Positions 37,610 to 47,334 of a stretch of 64,000 bases of DNA are shown here, piece after piece. Made by a program: the position numbers and the translations under genes. The notes under the pieces were generated by a model that was given only the letters and a program-made list of their open reading frames with translations, searched no databases and was not told the origin of the DNA. Position 1 is the first letter of the stretch, and every line of letters starts with the position of its first letter. The stretch lies in the NCBI GenBank assembly GCA_020724555.1, contig DYGT01000007.1, positions 15,258 to 79,257 on the forward strand, read 5' to 3'. This stretch comes from Candidatus Microgenomatus sp. (GTDB lineage: Bacteria > Patescibacteriota > Microgenomatia > UBA8517).

Positions 37610-39025
37610 ATGTGCAGAAATATTCCGAATGTTGACTTTAAATCCACTTCCGATGGTTGGAGGGGAAAATTGGCTGACAATTTTACCTTTGCCAATGTTG
37701 AAGAAATCTCCAAAGCAATAGCTCAATTCCTCATCAAAGATAAAAAACAGAACAAAATAGTTGTCGGTTATGACACTCGATTTATGAGTAAAGAATTTGC
37801 TTATTTCATTGCAGCTGTGATGCAAGAGTGTGGAATTGATGTAAGTATTATTTCATCGCCATCTCCCACCCCTTACCTGACATTTGCCGTAAATGAATAC
37901 AGTTTTCCATTGGGAATAAATGTTACCGCTTCTCACAATCCACCGTATGATGACGGGATAAAAATTCGCATGGGCTACGGAGGCACACCTCCAAAGGATG
38001 TAATCGAGAAAATTGAGTCATATTTAAAAAATGGATATGAAGTAAAAGCAAAAATAAAAGGTAAAGTTAAGATAATCAATCCAAGAAAAAAATATGTAGC
38101 TCGAATTAGGAAATTTATAAATTTGGACTCTTTTGATAAAAGCGCTCCAAGAGTGTTAATAGATACAATGCACGGCACAACAAAAGGTTTCTTAGAAGAT
38201 ATTTTTGGCAATACAAAAGTAAAGATAGACCATCTTCATGAAGATTTTGATCCATATTTTGGAGGCATTAATCCCGAACCCAAATTTGAGTCAACAAGCG
38301 AATTACAACAAATTGTTAAGACTGGAGCTTACGATTTGGGGATAGCTCATGATGGAGACGGAGACCGTATAGTGGCTGTATTGCCCTCAGTCGGTTATTT
38401 GTCACCGCATGATGTAGCTAGCTTAATGGTTTTATATTTAGTAAAGCACAAACAGCTTCAAGGTACTGTTTTTGGGAGTTCTACTCTTGGTCGTCGCGTA
38501 GAAAGAATCTGTGAGAAACTTGGAATACAGTATGAAACAATGCCGGTTGGTTTCAAAAACGCAACGGACAAAATGCTAAAAGGAGAAATTTTGTTGGCGG
38601 CAGAAGAAAACGGAGGGCTTGGTTTCGGATTCTACTTACCGGAAAGGGATACCACTCTTGCAGCAGCGTTGCTACTAGAAGCTCAAGTATCCGTTGGAGT
38701 TAAAAAATTACTGGATGAGGTTGAAGAAATTGCTGGTAAATCTGGATTTTGTAGGTACAACTATTCACCCAAAGTAGATAGAAGGCGTTTGTTCAATAGT
38801 ATTTTAGAACATAGAAACGATTTTGATTTTAGAGAAATAGAGTCAATGAACGACTCTGACGGGATAAAGATTACTTATGATAACGGAGATTGGTTAAGTA
38901 TACGCTATTCTGGGACAGAAGAGATATTAAGAATTTATTGCGAATCAAATAGCCGACTAAAGGCAACAAAAATCAAAGACTTTGCAATTAAGCAGATCAA
39001 GTTACTAGAAAAGAAACAGAAATGA
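37610..39025 (+). CDS. Phosphoglucomutase/phosphomannomutase family protein
   Basis: DGWRG, GYDTR, TASHNP, DGDGDR, AEENGG, RYSGTE; ATG 37610 (TTG 37598 alternative). Confidence 0.92.
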   Translation: MCRNIPNVDFKSTSDGWRGKLADNFTFANVEEISKAIAQFLIKDKKQNKIVVGYDTRFMSKEFAYFIAAVMQECGIDVSIISSPSPTPYLTFAVNEYSFPLGINVTASHNPPYDDGIKIRMGYGGTPPKDVIEKIESYLKNGYEVKAKIKGKVKIINPRKKYVARIRKFINLDSFDKSAPRVLIDTMHGTTKGFLEDIFGNTKVKIDHLHEDFDPYFGGINPEPKFESTSELQQIVKTGAYDLGIAHDGDGDRIVAVLPSVGYLSPHDVASLMVLYLVKHKQLQGTVFGSSTLGRRVERICEKLGIQYETMPVGFKNATDKMLKGEILLAAEENGGLGFGFYLPERDTTLAAALLLEAQVSVGVKKLLDEVEEIAGKSGFCRYNYSPKVDRRRLFNSILEHRNDFDFREIESMNDSDGIKITYDNGDWLSIRYSGTEEILRIYCESNSRLKATKIKDFAIKQIKLLEKKQK

Positions 39026-40173
39026 ATAATTACTGGAAATTTGCAACACCGAAATATTTAACTGCAGGAATGAGCTTAGTCTCAAATCTTACTGACTATA
39101 TTAACGATTTTGGGATAAAGAAGCCCTTTATTGTTATTGATCCCAAACTAAAAAAAGAAAGCAAAGCCATAAAAGCTTTAATAAAACAACTTGAATCTCT
39201 TGATATATTTATCTTTGAAGACTTCTCAACAAACCCAACAACTGATCAGGTGAGTAAATCAGTTAGTTTTTATCTTAAATTCAAACCTGATAGTGTAATT
39301 GCTATTGGTGGCGGTAGTGCAATCGATTTAGCAAAAGCTACTACTCTGGTCGCCCTGAATGGAGGAAACATTGAGGAATATTTGGCGGGGAGAAAAGGGA
39401 ACCGCGAATTTCCGCCCTTTATAGCAATTCCCTCCACATGCGGAACCGGCTCGGAAGCCAGTCCTTACGCAGTGATACTAGATCCCAAAACGAAAAAGAA
39501 AAGAGGGATTGAAGATTCCAATTTTTTACCAAAATTGGTTGTTCTTGATCCAAGACTATTGGATTCACTAGATACCACCATTCTTGCCGCGACAGCAATT
39601 GATGCTCTTGCACATATTCTTGAATCATTCATTTCTAAAAAGGCAAATGAAATTACACGAAGTTCAGCAAGAGGATTAATGATCGGATTAAAAAAATATA
39701 TTGAAGATGCTTCTGTGAAACGTGATTTAAATGCCGGCGCAGCAATGCTAAATGCCTCTTTTTCCTCTCGCCTCCTTTACCCTCGCACGGGCTTAACTAT
39801 TGCCCACGCTCTTTCTCATCCGTTGGGAGCATACACAAATATCCATCACGGCATGGCGGTTAGTTTCTTTTTACCAGTCTCGTTTAAAGTTAACCAGGAA
39901 TACTGTAAGGATTCGCTGAAAGAGGCAGTAAATCTGTTGGGATTTACTAACTTAGAACAATTTGATCAGTGGTTCAAAGACTTTTGTGATAAGGCCGGAA
40001 TCACAAGTTATCTGTGTGACTACTTGAAAGATGAAGATCTCCCTATTGAAATCTTAGCGAAAGACGCGCTTGAAAGTAGCAATATCCCTTCTAATCCTAA
40101 ACCAGTTAACAAGGAAGACTTAATTGGTGTTATTAATGATTCGCTAGCCTATTGGAGGATATATGGGAACTAA
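39022..40173 (+). CDS. Iron-containing alcohol dehydrogenase
   Basis: GGGSAIDLAK, PSTCGTGSE, DALAHILES, HALSHPL, HHG. Confidence 0.92.
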   Translation: MNNYWKFATPKYLTAGMSLVSNLTDYINDFGIKKPFIVIDPKLKKESKAIKALIKQLESLDIFIFEDFSTNPTTDQVSKSVSFYLKFKPDSVIAIGGGSAIDLAKATTLVALNGGNIEEYLAGRKGNREFPPFIAIPSTCGTGSEASPYAVILDPKTKKKRGIEDSNFLPKLVVLDPRLLDSLDTTILAATAIDALAHILESFISKKANEITRSSARGLMIGLKKYIEDASVKRDLNAGAAMLNASFSSRLLYPRTGLTIAHALSHPLGAYTNIHHGMAVSFFLPVSFKVNQEYCKDSLKEAVNLLGFTNLEQFDQWFKDFCDKAGITSYLCDYLKDEDLPIEILAKDALESSNIPSNPKPVNKEDLIGVINDSLAYWRIYGN

Positions 40174-40999
40174 AGAAACTGGAGAAACTACTCCGATTGA
40201 AGACTTAATATTGTCTAGGTTTAATGAGGTTAATGTAGAAGCTATTAATATCATTCGACAATGGAGAGCTGGACAGAAGAGAGTTTTGGATAAAGTTAAT
40301 GCAAACGGGGCACATGATGTCGTTACAGATGTAGATATAACCATCGAATCCCTTACCAGACAAACATTTGCTGATACAATTCCTGTATTCGGTGAAGAGG
40401 GCTTTAATAATGACGCTTACGTTGTTGAAAAACCGCTATATATCGTTGTCGACCCTATAGATGGGACAAAAGAATTCGCAAAAGGCAGTAATGAATGGAG
40501 TATATCCCTTTGCGCTGTCCAGAATGGGGTACCAATTGTCGCATCTATTTTTATGCCAGATAAAGGAGAATGTTTTACTGCAATTAAAAACAAAGGGGTA
40601 AGGTTAAATGGTTTACCTTTAAAATCGCAGCAAGCCAATAATGGCAAAATTGCTGTAAGCCCGCGACAAATTAAAGACCCAGTGTTTGGTGAATCTATAA
40701 GAAGGACTGGATTGGTCGCTGCCGAAGTTTCTGCCTTAACACCGAAAATATGCGCAATACTTCGTGGAGAGGTGCAATCTGCGGTCTACTTTCCTCAGGA
40801 CGGGCAATCCGCTGCTTTATGGGACTATGCCGCAGGTGTATTGCTCGTCCAGGAGTTTGGTGGAAGGATAAGCTCGCTATGTGGTGCTGATCTTCCTTTC
40901 AGGGGAGCAGATATTATTCACAAAAAAGGATGGCTAGCTACTCGAGAAATTGATCATACGCAATTGTTAGCTTGTCTTAACAGCCTAGGTGAACTATAA
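40163..40999 (+). CDS. Inositol monophosphatase/CysQ family phosphatase
   Basis: VTDVD, GEE, DPIDGT..F, WDYAAG. Confidence 0.9.
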   Translation: MGTKETGETTPIEDLILSRFNEVNVEAINIIRQWRAGQKRVLDKVNANGAHDVVTDVDITIESLTRQTFADTIPVFGEEGFNNDAYVVEKPLYIVVDPIDGTKEFAKGSNEWSISLCAVQNGVPIVASIFMPDKGECFTAIKNKGVRLNGLPLKSQQANNGKIAVSPRQIKDPVFGESIRRTGLVAAEVSALTPKICAILRGEVQSAVYFPQDGQSAALWDYAAGVLLVQEFGGRISSLCGADLPFRGADIIHKKGWLATREIDHTQLLACLNSLGEL

Positions 41000-41007
41000 T
41001 AACTCAA

Positions 41008-41541
41008 ATGACAAAAGTACAAAAATGGCAAGAGCTTTCGAGAGAAATAGCCTTTCAAAAATATAGTCGCAAAATTGAAAAAGTAATGTTTAAACTTCCC
41101 GATGGAAAAGAAACTGACTTTTATATCAAAAGAGAAGGTCCAGCAGCTGGAGTTCTGGCAATAACAAAAAATAAACAAGTAATTCTTGTAAAGCAATATC
41201 GACCTGGACCGGAAGAAGTTCTCCTTGAGCTGCCCGGCGGCTATGTTGATCCCAATGAAAAACCAGAAAAGACAATGGAGCGTGAATTACTTGAAGAAAC
41301 AGGATATAAAGGCAAGGTAAAACTTGTCACCACCTGTTTTGACGATGCCTACTCTACAATGAACAGATACTGCTTTGTCGCAACTGATTGTGAGAAAGTC
41401 AGTGAACCCCAGACAGGTGAGCATGAATTTGTAGAACTTGAACTCCTAACTCTAGAAGATTTCAGAAAGCTTTTGCGTAGCGGCAAGATGACCGATGTTG
41501 AGGTGGGATACCTCGGTCTTGATTTTCTAAACCTTCTGTAA
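41008..41541 (+). CDS. NUDIX hydrolase (ADP-ribose pyrophosphatase-like)
   Basis: KQYR..ELPGGYVDPNE....ERELLEETG. Confidence 0.92.
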   Translation: MTKVQKWQELSREIAFQKYSRKIEKVMFKLPDGKETDFYIKREGPAAGVLAITKNKQVILVKQYRPGPEEVLLELPGGYVDPNEKPEKTMERELLEETGYKGKVKLVTTCFDDAYSTMNRYCFVATDCEKVSEPQTGEHEFVELELLTLEDFRKLLRSGKMTDVEVGYLGLDFLNLL

Positions 41542-41566
41542 TAACAGAATAAATCGCTCCAATAAT

Positions 41567-42127
41567 ATGAAAATATTTTTTCATTCCTCAATCTTTGCCA
41601 AAGAGCATTATGAAGAAGCCTACCTTTTAATTGTTAAAATTTGCAAAGACCATGGTCATACAGTATTTGCTGATCATATGCTCAAACGCGATTACCATGA
41701 TACGGACAAGTATACTAGAGAACAGCACCAGCAGGATTTTCAAAGATTGACGAAACAAATCAAGGAATGTGATGTTGTTATTGTTGAAGGAACTGCCCCC
41801 AGCATTGGAACTGGCCATTACATGACTATTGCATTAGGTTATCTGAAGCCAGTTTTAGTGCTTCACCAAAATGAACCGCATGGAGTGTTGGTTGGTGACC
41901 CAAACAGGCTATTGTCCTTAAGGAGGTATTCAATGAATGACAAAAAAGGGTTGGAGAAGACAATCAAAGATTTTCTGAGAAACGCCGAAAAGAAAACTTT
42001 GAAAAATAGATTCAACTTAATGCTAGACGATGAGATGATAGACTTTCTTGAAAGATACTCCAAACAAGATAAGGCCAGTAAGGCTGATGTAATCAGGCGA
42101 TTAATACTGGAGAGAATGAACAAGTAA
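41567..42127 (+). CDS. Nucleoside deoxyribosyltransferase-like domain fused to C-terminal ribbon-helix-helix
   Basis: CDVVIVEGTAPSIGTGHY..AL..KPVLVL (NDT/DNPH1-like) + RFNLMLD...FLE..SK....KADVIRRLI (RHH). Confidence 0.7.
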   Translation: MKIFFHSSIFAKEHYEEAYLLIVKICKDHGHTVFADHMLKRDYHDTDKYTREQHQQDFQRLTKQIKECDVVIVEGTAPSIGTGHYMTIALGYLKPVLVLHQNEPHGVLVGDPNRLLSLRRYSMNDKKGLEKTIKDFLRNAEKKTLKNRFNLMLDDEMIDFLERYSKQDKASKADVIRRLILERMNK

Positions 42128-42129
42128 AA

Positions 42130-43023
42130 TTAATCTTTCCTCCCGAATTGCCTTAGTCTTTCTGGAGTACCAAGATCTGGAGCAGGCTGACCGATATCAA
42201 ATGTCCCCACTTGGACACCTTTATCTATAAGCCAAGGGATAAACTGTCTATACATGTCAACGACTCTAAGATCGCCACTTTCTTGTAAAAATTTTTGATA
42301 TGTAAGCAAATAAAATTCCCGATTGGCGATAGCCACACCCACGCTTGTACTTGGAATTAGTCCGTCAGAAAACAAGCTGATGTCTATATTGGGATTGTTT
42401 TCAAAGGTATGAACAACATTTCGGCTAAGGGGATCAACTAATATTCTCCCAGAGTTTTGGGCATTTTCTCCAGGAGATGTTGTTACAACCCAAGTAATAG
42501 ATGTATCTTGAGCCTTGTGGTTTTCAAGTATCTGAGGTAACAAACTGAAGGGGAATAATGTATCTGCTGGTACAATCGCTACAGTTGAGTATTCGGATAG
42601 ATTAAGAGCGTTAAATACAGCTCCCGCTGTCCCTAACGGTTGCTCTTCTCTGATAAATCTGACTGTGTTTTGATGATTGGCAGTGGTATGATCTTCTATA
42701 AGTGAACCTTGGGCTTCTGGGTCAGAACTAGTTAACAAAACAACATCTTTTATTCCTGTTGCAAAAATACCATATAGAGCATTGTCCAACATCGGTAATC
42801 TGCCATCACCTGAGTCTATTGGCACTAATGGCTTGGGCAAAGTTTGCAAGTCTGGGTCGTCAGACTTTTTTAGTCTAGAGCCCTTTCCTCCTGCCAAGAT
42901 AAGCACTCCTACTCCAATCTTTTGAGCCTCTAATTCAGGCGCAATTCGTTTTTCGCCAAATTCCAGAGATAGAGGTGTCTCAATTTCTTTATTTAACATG
43001 CTGACTTTGATTCCGTTATACAA
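42130..43023 (-). CDS. NTP transferase (sugar-phosphate nucleotidyltransferase family)
   Basis: ILAGGKGSRL, PKPLVP, E.QPLGTAGA, DLGTPERL; start may be ATG 42999. Confidence 0.85.
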   Translation of the reverse strand: MYNGIKVSMLNKEIETPLSLEFGEKRIAPELEAQKIGVGVLILAGGKGSRLKKSDDPDLQTLPKPLVPIDSGDGRLPMLDNALYGIFATGIKDVVLLTSSDPEAQGSLIEDHTTANHQNTVRFIREEQPLGTAGAVFNALNLSEYSTVAIVPADTLFPFSLLPQILENHKAQDTSITWVVTTSPGENAQNSGRILVDPLSRNVVHTFENNPNIDISLFSDGLIPSTSVGVAIANREFYLLTYQKFLQESGDLRVVDMYRQFIPWLIDKGVQVGTFDIGQPAPDLGTPERLRQFGRKD

Positions 43024-43159
43024 CTACATAACATTCTGATATTCTATAACAACTGCTTGAATTCAGCAATATTATGTGATTTTTAAGAGGTAAACGATAA
43101 AAAAATCTCAGGTAAAACATTCAGATAATTATCCGAAGCCGAAGTGGTACAATAGCTTC

Positions 43160-43537
43160 ATGTCAGATATCAAAGAACTCACTAAGAAAATTAACCAATG
43201 GGTAGCAGAGCGTGGATGGGAGAAGGCACAAAAACCCAAAGATTTAGCAATCTCGCTATCGCTTGAGGCAGCAGAAGTGCTTGAACACTTCCAGTGGAAG
43301 AATGAAAGAAAAGTTGCTAAGCATATTAAAGAAAACAAAGAGGAACTGGCAGATGAGCTTGCGGATGTGGCAATTTATCTCTTGAAACTTGCGGACAAAA
43401 CTAAAATTGATTTGAGAACTGCAGTTGAAAACAAATTGATTAAAGCTTCAAAGAAATATCCTGTAGAAGTGGTTAAGGGAAACTCGAAAGAGTATTACAA
43501 TTTGAAGAAGCAAGCTCGGGCCCAGCGACCATTATAA
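43160..43537 (+). CDS. MazG-like nucleotide pyrophosphohydrolase
   Basis: ERGW...PKDLAISL.LEAAEVLEHFQW, DELADV.IYL, KYP. Confidence 0.9.
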   Translation: MSDIKELTKKINQWVAERGWEKAQKPKDLAISLSLEAAEVLEHFQWKNERKVAKHIKENKEELADELADVAIYLLKLADKTKIDLRTAVENKLIKASKKYPVEVVKGNSKEYYNLKKQARAQRPL

Positions 43538-43550
43538 TTTCAACTATCCC

Positions 43551-43958
43551 TTATACCAGCTCAAAGACTTTCTTTTCATCTTCATGCTTCATAATTTCTT
43601 TTACTTTTTCAAGTCTCATCCAATCGTAACCAATACTTTCTTCATTCAAAGTAATAGGCGTATCTAAATCCCTGATTTTTAATGCTACGAAATGAATCTC
43701 TGTTAGTCTATGTTTGCCTTCAAATTCAATTTTGTAATTTAGGTTTTTAGTTTCTTCTAGATATCCAATTCCAAACTCTTCTGATACTTCTCTTTTTGCT
43801 GCATCTTCTAAATTTTCATTGGGTTCAATATCTCCAAAGATAATGGTCCACTCATCCTCATATCCGTTAAAAGGCTTGTTATGCCGAAGTAAGAATCTTC
43901 TGTTCCCTTCCGTGTCAATTGTCCAAACTATAACTGCAACTTTTTGGTGTTTACTCAT
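43551..43958 (-). CDS. NUDIX hydrolase
   Basis: GDIEPNE...AAKREVSEEFG. Confidence 0.85.
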   Translation of the reverse strand: MSKHQKVAVIVWTIDTEGNRRFLLRHNKPFNGYEDEWTIIFGDIEPNENLEDAAKREVSEEFGIGYLEETKNLNYKIEFEGKHRLTEIHFVALKIRDLDTPITLNEESIGYDWMRLEKVKEIMKHEDEKKVFELV

Positions 43959-44452
43959 GTTTCTAGGATTTTATTGTAAAACATATATTTTGCTCTCTGG
44001 TAGTCTATAAAACTCTTGCCATTAAATTTAAGTTTTAGCTCCTCATATTCTTTTAACAACTCTTTGTTTGATTTGAGTATGTCATAGACTTTAATTTGTC
44101 TGTCTGGTGGCTCAGTCAAATAGAGTTCTACTGGATATCCTTTCTCAGTAAATGACCATTCGATAAAAGTTTCATGAATATTTTTAGGTTTGCCAAAGAG
44201 TTTTTCTAAAATCGGTAAGTGTTCACCAAATTTACTAGATTCTGATAACACATAAATATCAATATCATTTTGTCCTGCAATTCCAAGCGCTGTTGCCCCC
44301 ATAAATAACACACGAGCATCAGGCAATTTGTCTTTGATTCTTTTGACTATTAAATCTCCAGTTTCTTTTGCTCTTGGATCAAATGCCGAAATGCTGACCT
44401 TCCTTGTCGGATCAATTTTGGCTAAATAATTTTCCTCATCTTGCGTTAACAT
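43955..44452 (-). CDS. GrpB/UPF0157 family nucleotidyltransferase-like protein
   Basis: MGATALG..GQNDIDI, EYEELK...Y..AK..F. Confidence 0.8.
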   Translation of the reverse strand: MLTQDEENYLAKIDPTRKVSISAFDPRAKETGDLIVKRIKDKLPDARVLFMGATALGIAGQNDIDIYVLSESSKFGEHLPILEKLFGKPKNIHETFIEWSFTEKGYPVELYLTEPPDRQIKVYDILKSNKELLKEYEELKLKFNGKSFIDYQRAKYMFYNKILET

Positions 44453-44490
44453 GTCTTGATTATAGCCTGCCTTAGGTCAATAATACAGAA

Positions 44491-45246
44491 ATGTCTAAGT
44501 CAAAACTGCGTGAACCATTTTTAAGTGCTTACAAGAAAATAGAAGAACTTCAAAAATACGATCGCTATCTTGCGGCTTATATCTTCGGTTCAGTAGTACG
44601 AGGAGAGCAAGACAAAAATAGCGATCTTGATGTTATGGTTATCGTTGATGAGGATAATAATTGTAAAGAAATCAACCACCCAATTATTAATGGAATTAAG
44701 CTTGACATTACTTTTAGATCTCTGTCTCAAATAAAAGAAATTAACGACGATGTAGTCAAAAAGGGTGAAAGACTGCCCATGCTTGCTGAATCAATTATTG
44801 TCTTTGACAAAAATGGAGAGCTTAAGAAACTAAAACAAACATATTCCAATATGCGCCCAAAGGCAACAGAGCAAGATTTTCAACAAATCCACTTTATGCT
44901 TTACCACTCTGATAACAAGGCAAAGAGAAACCTGAAAAGTGACAAAGCGACAGCACTTCTTGCTCTATCTATAAACATAAATGACATCCTCAAATATCAT
45001 TACCATATTAATGGCAAGTGGTGGCTAAGCAATAAAAGATTACTTCCGGATTTAAGGCAATGGGATCCCAAAATGGCAAGATTAGTTGAGAGATTTGTAG
45101 GGACTTCCAATGTTGAGAAGAAATATCAAATTTGGAGCAAAATTCTGGATTATGTTGCCAACCCAATTGGTGGAAGAAAAGAAATCTCAGAGATTAATTG
45201 CAATTGTAAAACCTGTAAAAAAGACCTTACTCTTCTTACTTCTTAG
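44491..45246 (+). CDS. Pol-beta-fold nucleotidyltransferase domain protein
   Basis: FGSVVRG....SDLDV, LDI; helical C-terminal domain. Confidence 0.82.
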   Translation: MSKSKLREPFLSAYKKIEELQKYDRYLAAYIFGSVVRGEQDKNSDLDVMVIVDEDNNCKEINHPIINGIKLDITFRSLSQIKEINDDVVKKGERLPMLAESIIVFDKNGELKKLKQTYSNMRPKATEQDFQQIHFMLYHSDNKAKRNLKSDKATALLALSININDILKYHYHINGKWWLSNKRLLPDLRQWDPKMARLVERFVGTSNVEKKYQIWSKILDYVANPIGGRKEISEINCNCKTCKKDLTLLTS

Positions 45247-45272
45247 CTATCTATGCTAAACTAGCCTCATCT

Positions 45273-45734
45273 ATGGAAAATAAAATTAAAATCAGACTCA
45301 GATTAGTAATTATTAAGGAGGATAAGCTTCTGGCTTACTATGATTCAATGGATGATTATTATTTTTATATTGGGGGCAAGCTAGAGTTTAGGGAAACTAT
45401 TGAAGATGGTTGGAAGCGGGAGATTAAGGAGGAGTTGGGCAATGATGTTGAATTTACTTTTAAGAAAATACTCTATGTCAGAGATTTTATTCTTAAAGAG
45501 AAAAATGAACACAGTCTTGAGCTATTTATCTTGGGAGATATTAATAAGTTTATGGAAATAGACGAGCGCCCTGACTCAGAGTTTGACGGCAAGAAATGGC
45601 CAAAATGGCTAGATCTAAATAATTTACCAGATAATCTTTATCCTAAACCTTTGAGTAAAAAGCTTCTTACGGATTACAAAGCAGGATTCCCAAGAGAGGG
45701 AGAATATATAGGAAGGATGGATTCAAATGACTGA
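45273..45734 (+). CDS. NUDIX hydrolase
   Basis: GGKLEFRETIE...REIKEELG. Confidence 0.88.
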   Translation: MENKIKIRLRLVIIKEDKLLAYYDSMDDYYFYIGGKLEFRETIEDGWKREIKEELGNDVEFTFKKILYVRDFILKEKNEHSLELFILGDINKFMEIDERPDSEFDGKKWPKWLDLNNLPDNLYPKPLSKKLLTDYKAGFPREGEYIGRMDSND

Positions 45735-46317
45735 AGAGAAAGAACTACTCACAATTTTATCGAAAGTAGAGTATGAGAAGGTACTTGCTCGTCTAGTTAA
45801 AAAGTTTGGAGATCCTGAAATTGTCAAAAGGCTTTCGCTTCAATCAACAGATTACAGATGGGCGGATGTAGATACAAGAATCAGGATTACCAATGGAAAA
45901 GCTGAGATTATTCAAAAAGTTGGTGATTGGAAGAAACAAAACCGCCAGGAAATCACAATTCCTCTGCCTTCTGACCCCAAAATAATTTTTGACATGTACA
46001 AGATTTTTATGAATGCGATGCGAGATGAAAAGGTACTAACTCCAATAATGCAATACGAGAATAAGTTATTTAAAACCAAAAATTTTGAAATCAAATTAAC
46101 TTACCAGTTTGGCAAAAAAGATGCATACAATTGTGAAATTGAAGTTTTTGACCATGCCCTTGAGCCAGATGATTTGGCTAAAAAGTATAATATTCCAATT
46201 CACTTACCAGAACAAACCCAAGATTTTTGGAAAAATTGGAATGAAATTGTTAATTTATCAGCTACAGAATTATCGGATGATGAGTTGTTAAAAATAATTT
46301 CTAAATATATTAACTAA
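45727..46317 (+). CDS. CYTH (triphosphate tunnel) domain protein
   Basis: N-terminal EKE, RIRI, K.G...R.EI, EIEV. Confidence 0.65.
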   Translation: MTEEKELLTILSKVEYEKVLARLVKKFGDPEIVKRLSLQSTDYRWADVDTRIRITNGKAEIIQKVGDWKKQNRQEITIPLPSDPKIIFDMYKIFMNAMRDEKVLTPIMQYENKLFKTKNFEIKLTYQFGKKDAYNCEIEVFDHALEPDDLAKKYNIPIHLPEQTQDFWKNWNEIVNLSATELSDDELLKIISKYIN

Positions 46318-46318
46318 T

Positions 46319-46753
46319 ATGACTGAAAAACAGCACGATTTTGTTTTTGAGACTAAGTATTGGGAAGTATATCTCAACCCTGATCAGTATTACTTGGGTC
46401 GTTGTGTTGTTTTTGCAAAAAGAGATGTAGGAGCAATGAGTGAGTTAACTCGCGAAGAATGGCTTGATTTTGCAGAACTATCTCGAAAGATTGAAAAAGG
46501 GTTTAAACAAAAGTTTGGCGCAACAATGTTTAATTGGACTTGTCTTATGAATAATGCTTATCAAGAAGAAAATCCCCACCCTTGGGTGCATTGGCATATG
46601 AGACCAAGATATAAAAATCCAGTTGAATTTGCGGGCCAGAAATTTGAAGACAAAGAATTTGGGCATCATTATGCTAGGCAAACCGAACAAACAGTCTCGC
46701 CTGAAGTTTTTACTAAAATTGTTGAAGAAATAGAGAGCTTTTTAGAAAAATAA
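46319..46753 (+). CDS. HIT family hydrolase
   Basis: Q.YLGR.V, FGA..FN..L.N, VHWHMRPR. Confidence 0.85.
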   Translation: MTEKQHDFVFETKYWEVYLNPDQYYLGRCVVFAKRDVGAMSELTREEWLDFAELSRKIEKGFKQKFGATMFNWTCLMNNAYQEENPHPWVHWHMRPRYKNPVEFAGQKFEDKEFGHHYARQTEQTVSPEVFTKIVEEIESFLEK

Positions 46754-46755
46754 CT

Positions 46756-47334
46756 ATGTACACAGAATTTGAAGCAACATTCACAGATATCAGTAAAGAT
46801 GAAGCAAGAGAAAAACTTAAAAAAGCTGGGGCAAAGTTAGTTCGTGAGGAGTATCTTCAAAAGCGTTGTGTTTTTAATCTTCCAAAAAGTCATGAAATAA
46901 AAGGAGGATGGCTAAGAGTGAGAGATGAAGGAGACAAAATCACAATGAGCCTCAAAATTGTTGATGGAGATAAAATTGAAAATCAAAAAGAAACACAACT
47001 TGTAATTGATAATTTTGAAAATGCAGTAAATCTTTTTGAAAGCATTGGATGTATCAAAAAAGCATATCAAGAAAGCAAACGAGAACTTTGGAAGTTAAAG
47101 GATGTCGAAATAACAATTGATGAATTGCCTTTCCTTGAGCCGTTTGTTGAAATTGAAGGCAAATCTGAAGAGGAAGTAAAAGAAGTAGCTCAGAAACTTG
47201 GACTTGATTATTCAAAAGCAAAATTCTGTGCTGTTGACACACTTTACTCTGAAAAATATGGCATTTCTGAAGACAGAATAAACAACCACACCCCAGAAAT
47301 ATTATTTGAATCAGAAAATCCATTTATTAAATGA
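46756..47334 (+). CDS. CYTH domain protein (class IV adenylate cyclase-like)
   Basis: EFEA, WLRVRDEG, E.KRE.W, FVEIEG. Confidence 0.88.
   Translation: MYTEFEATFTDISKDEAREKLKKAGAKLVREEYLQKRCVFNLPKSHEIKGGWLRVRDEGDKITMSLKIVDGDKIENQKETQLVIDNFENAVNLFESIGCIKKAYQESKRELWKLKDVEITIDELPFLEPFVEIEGKSEEEVKEVAQKLGLDYSKAKFCAVDTLYSEKYGISEDRINNHTPEILFESENPFIK

Noticed and set aside
37610-43023. Phosphonate biosynthesis cluster (Fe-ADH + NTP transferase)
   Set aside because: No PEP mutase (EDKxxxxxNS) or phosphonopyruvate decarboxylase; the mutase is a phosphohexomutase
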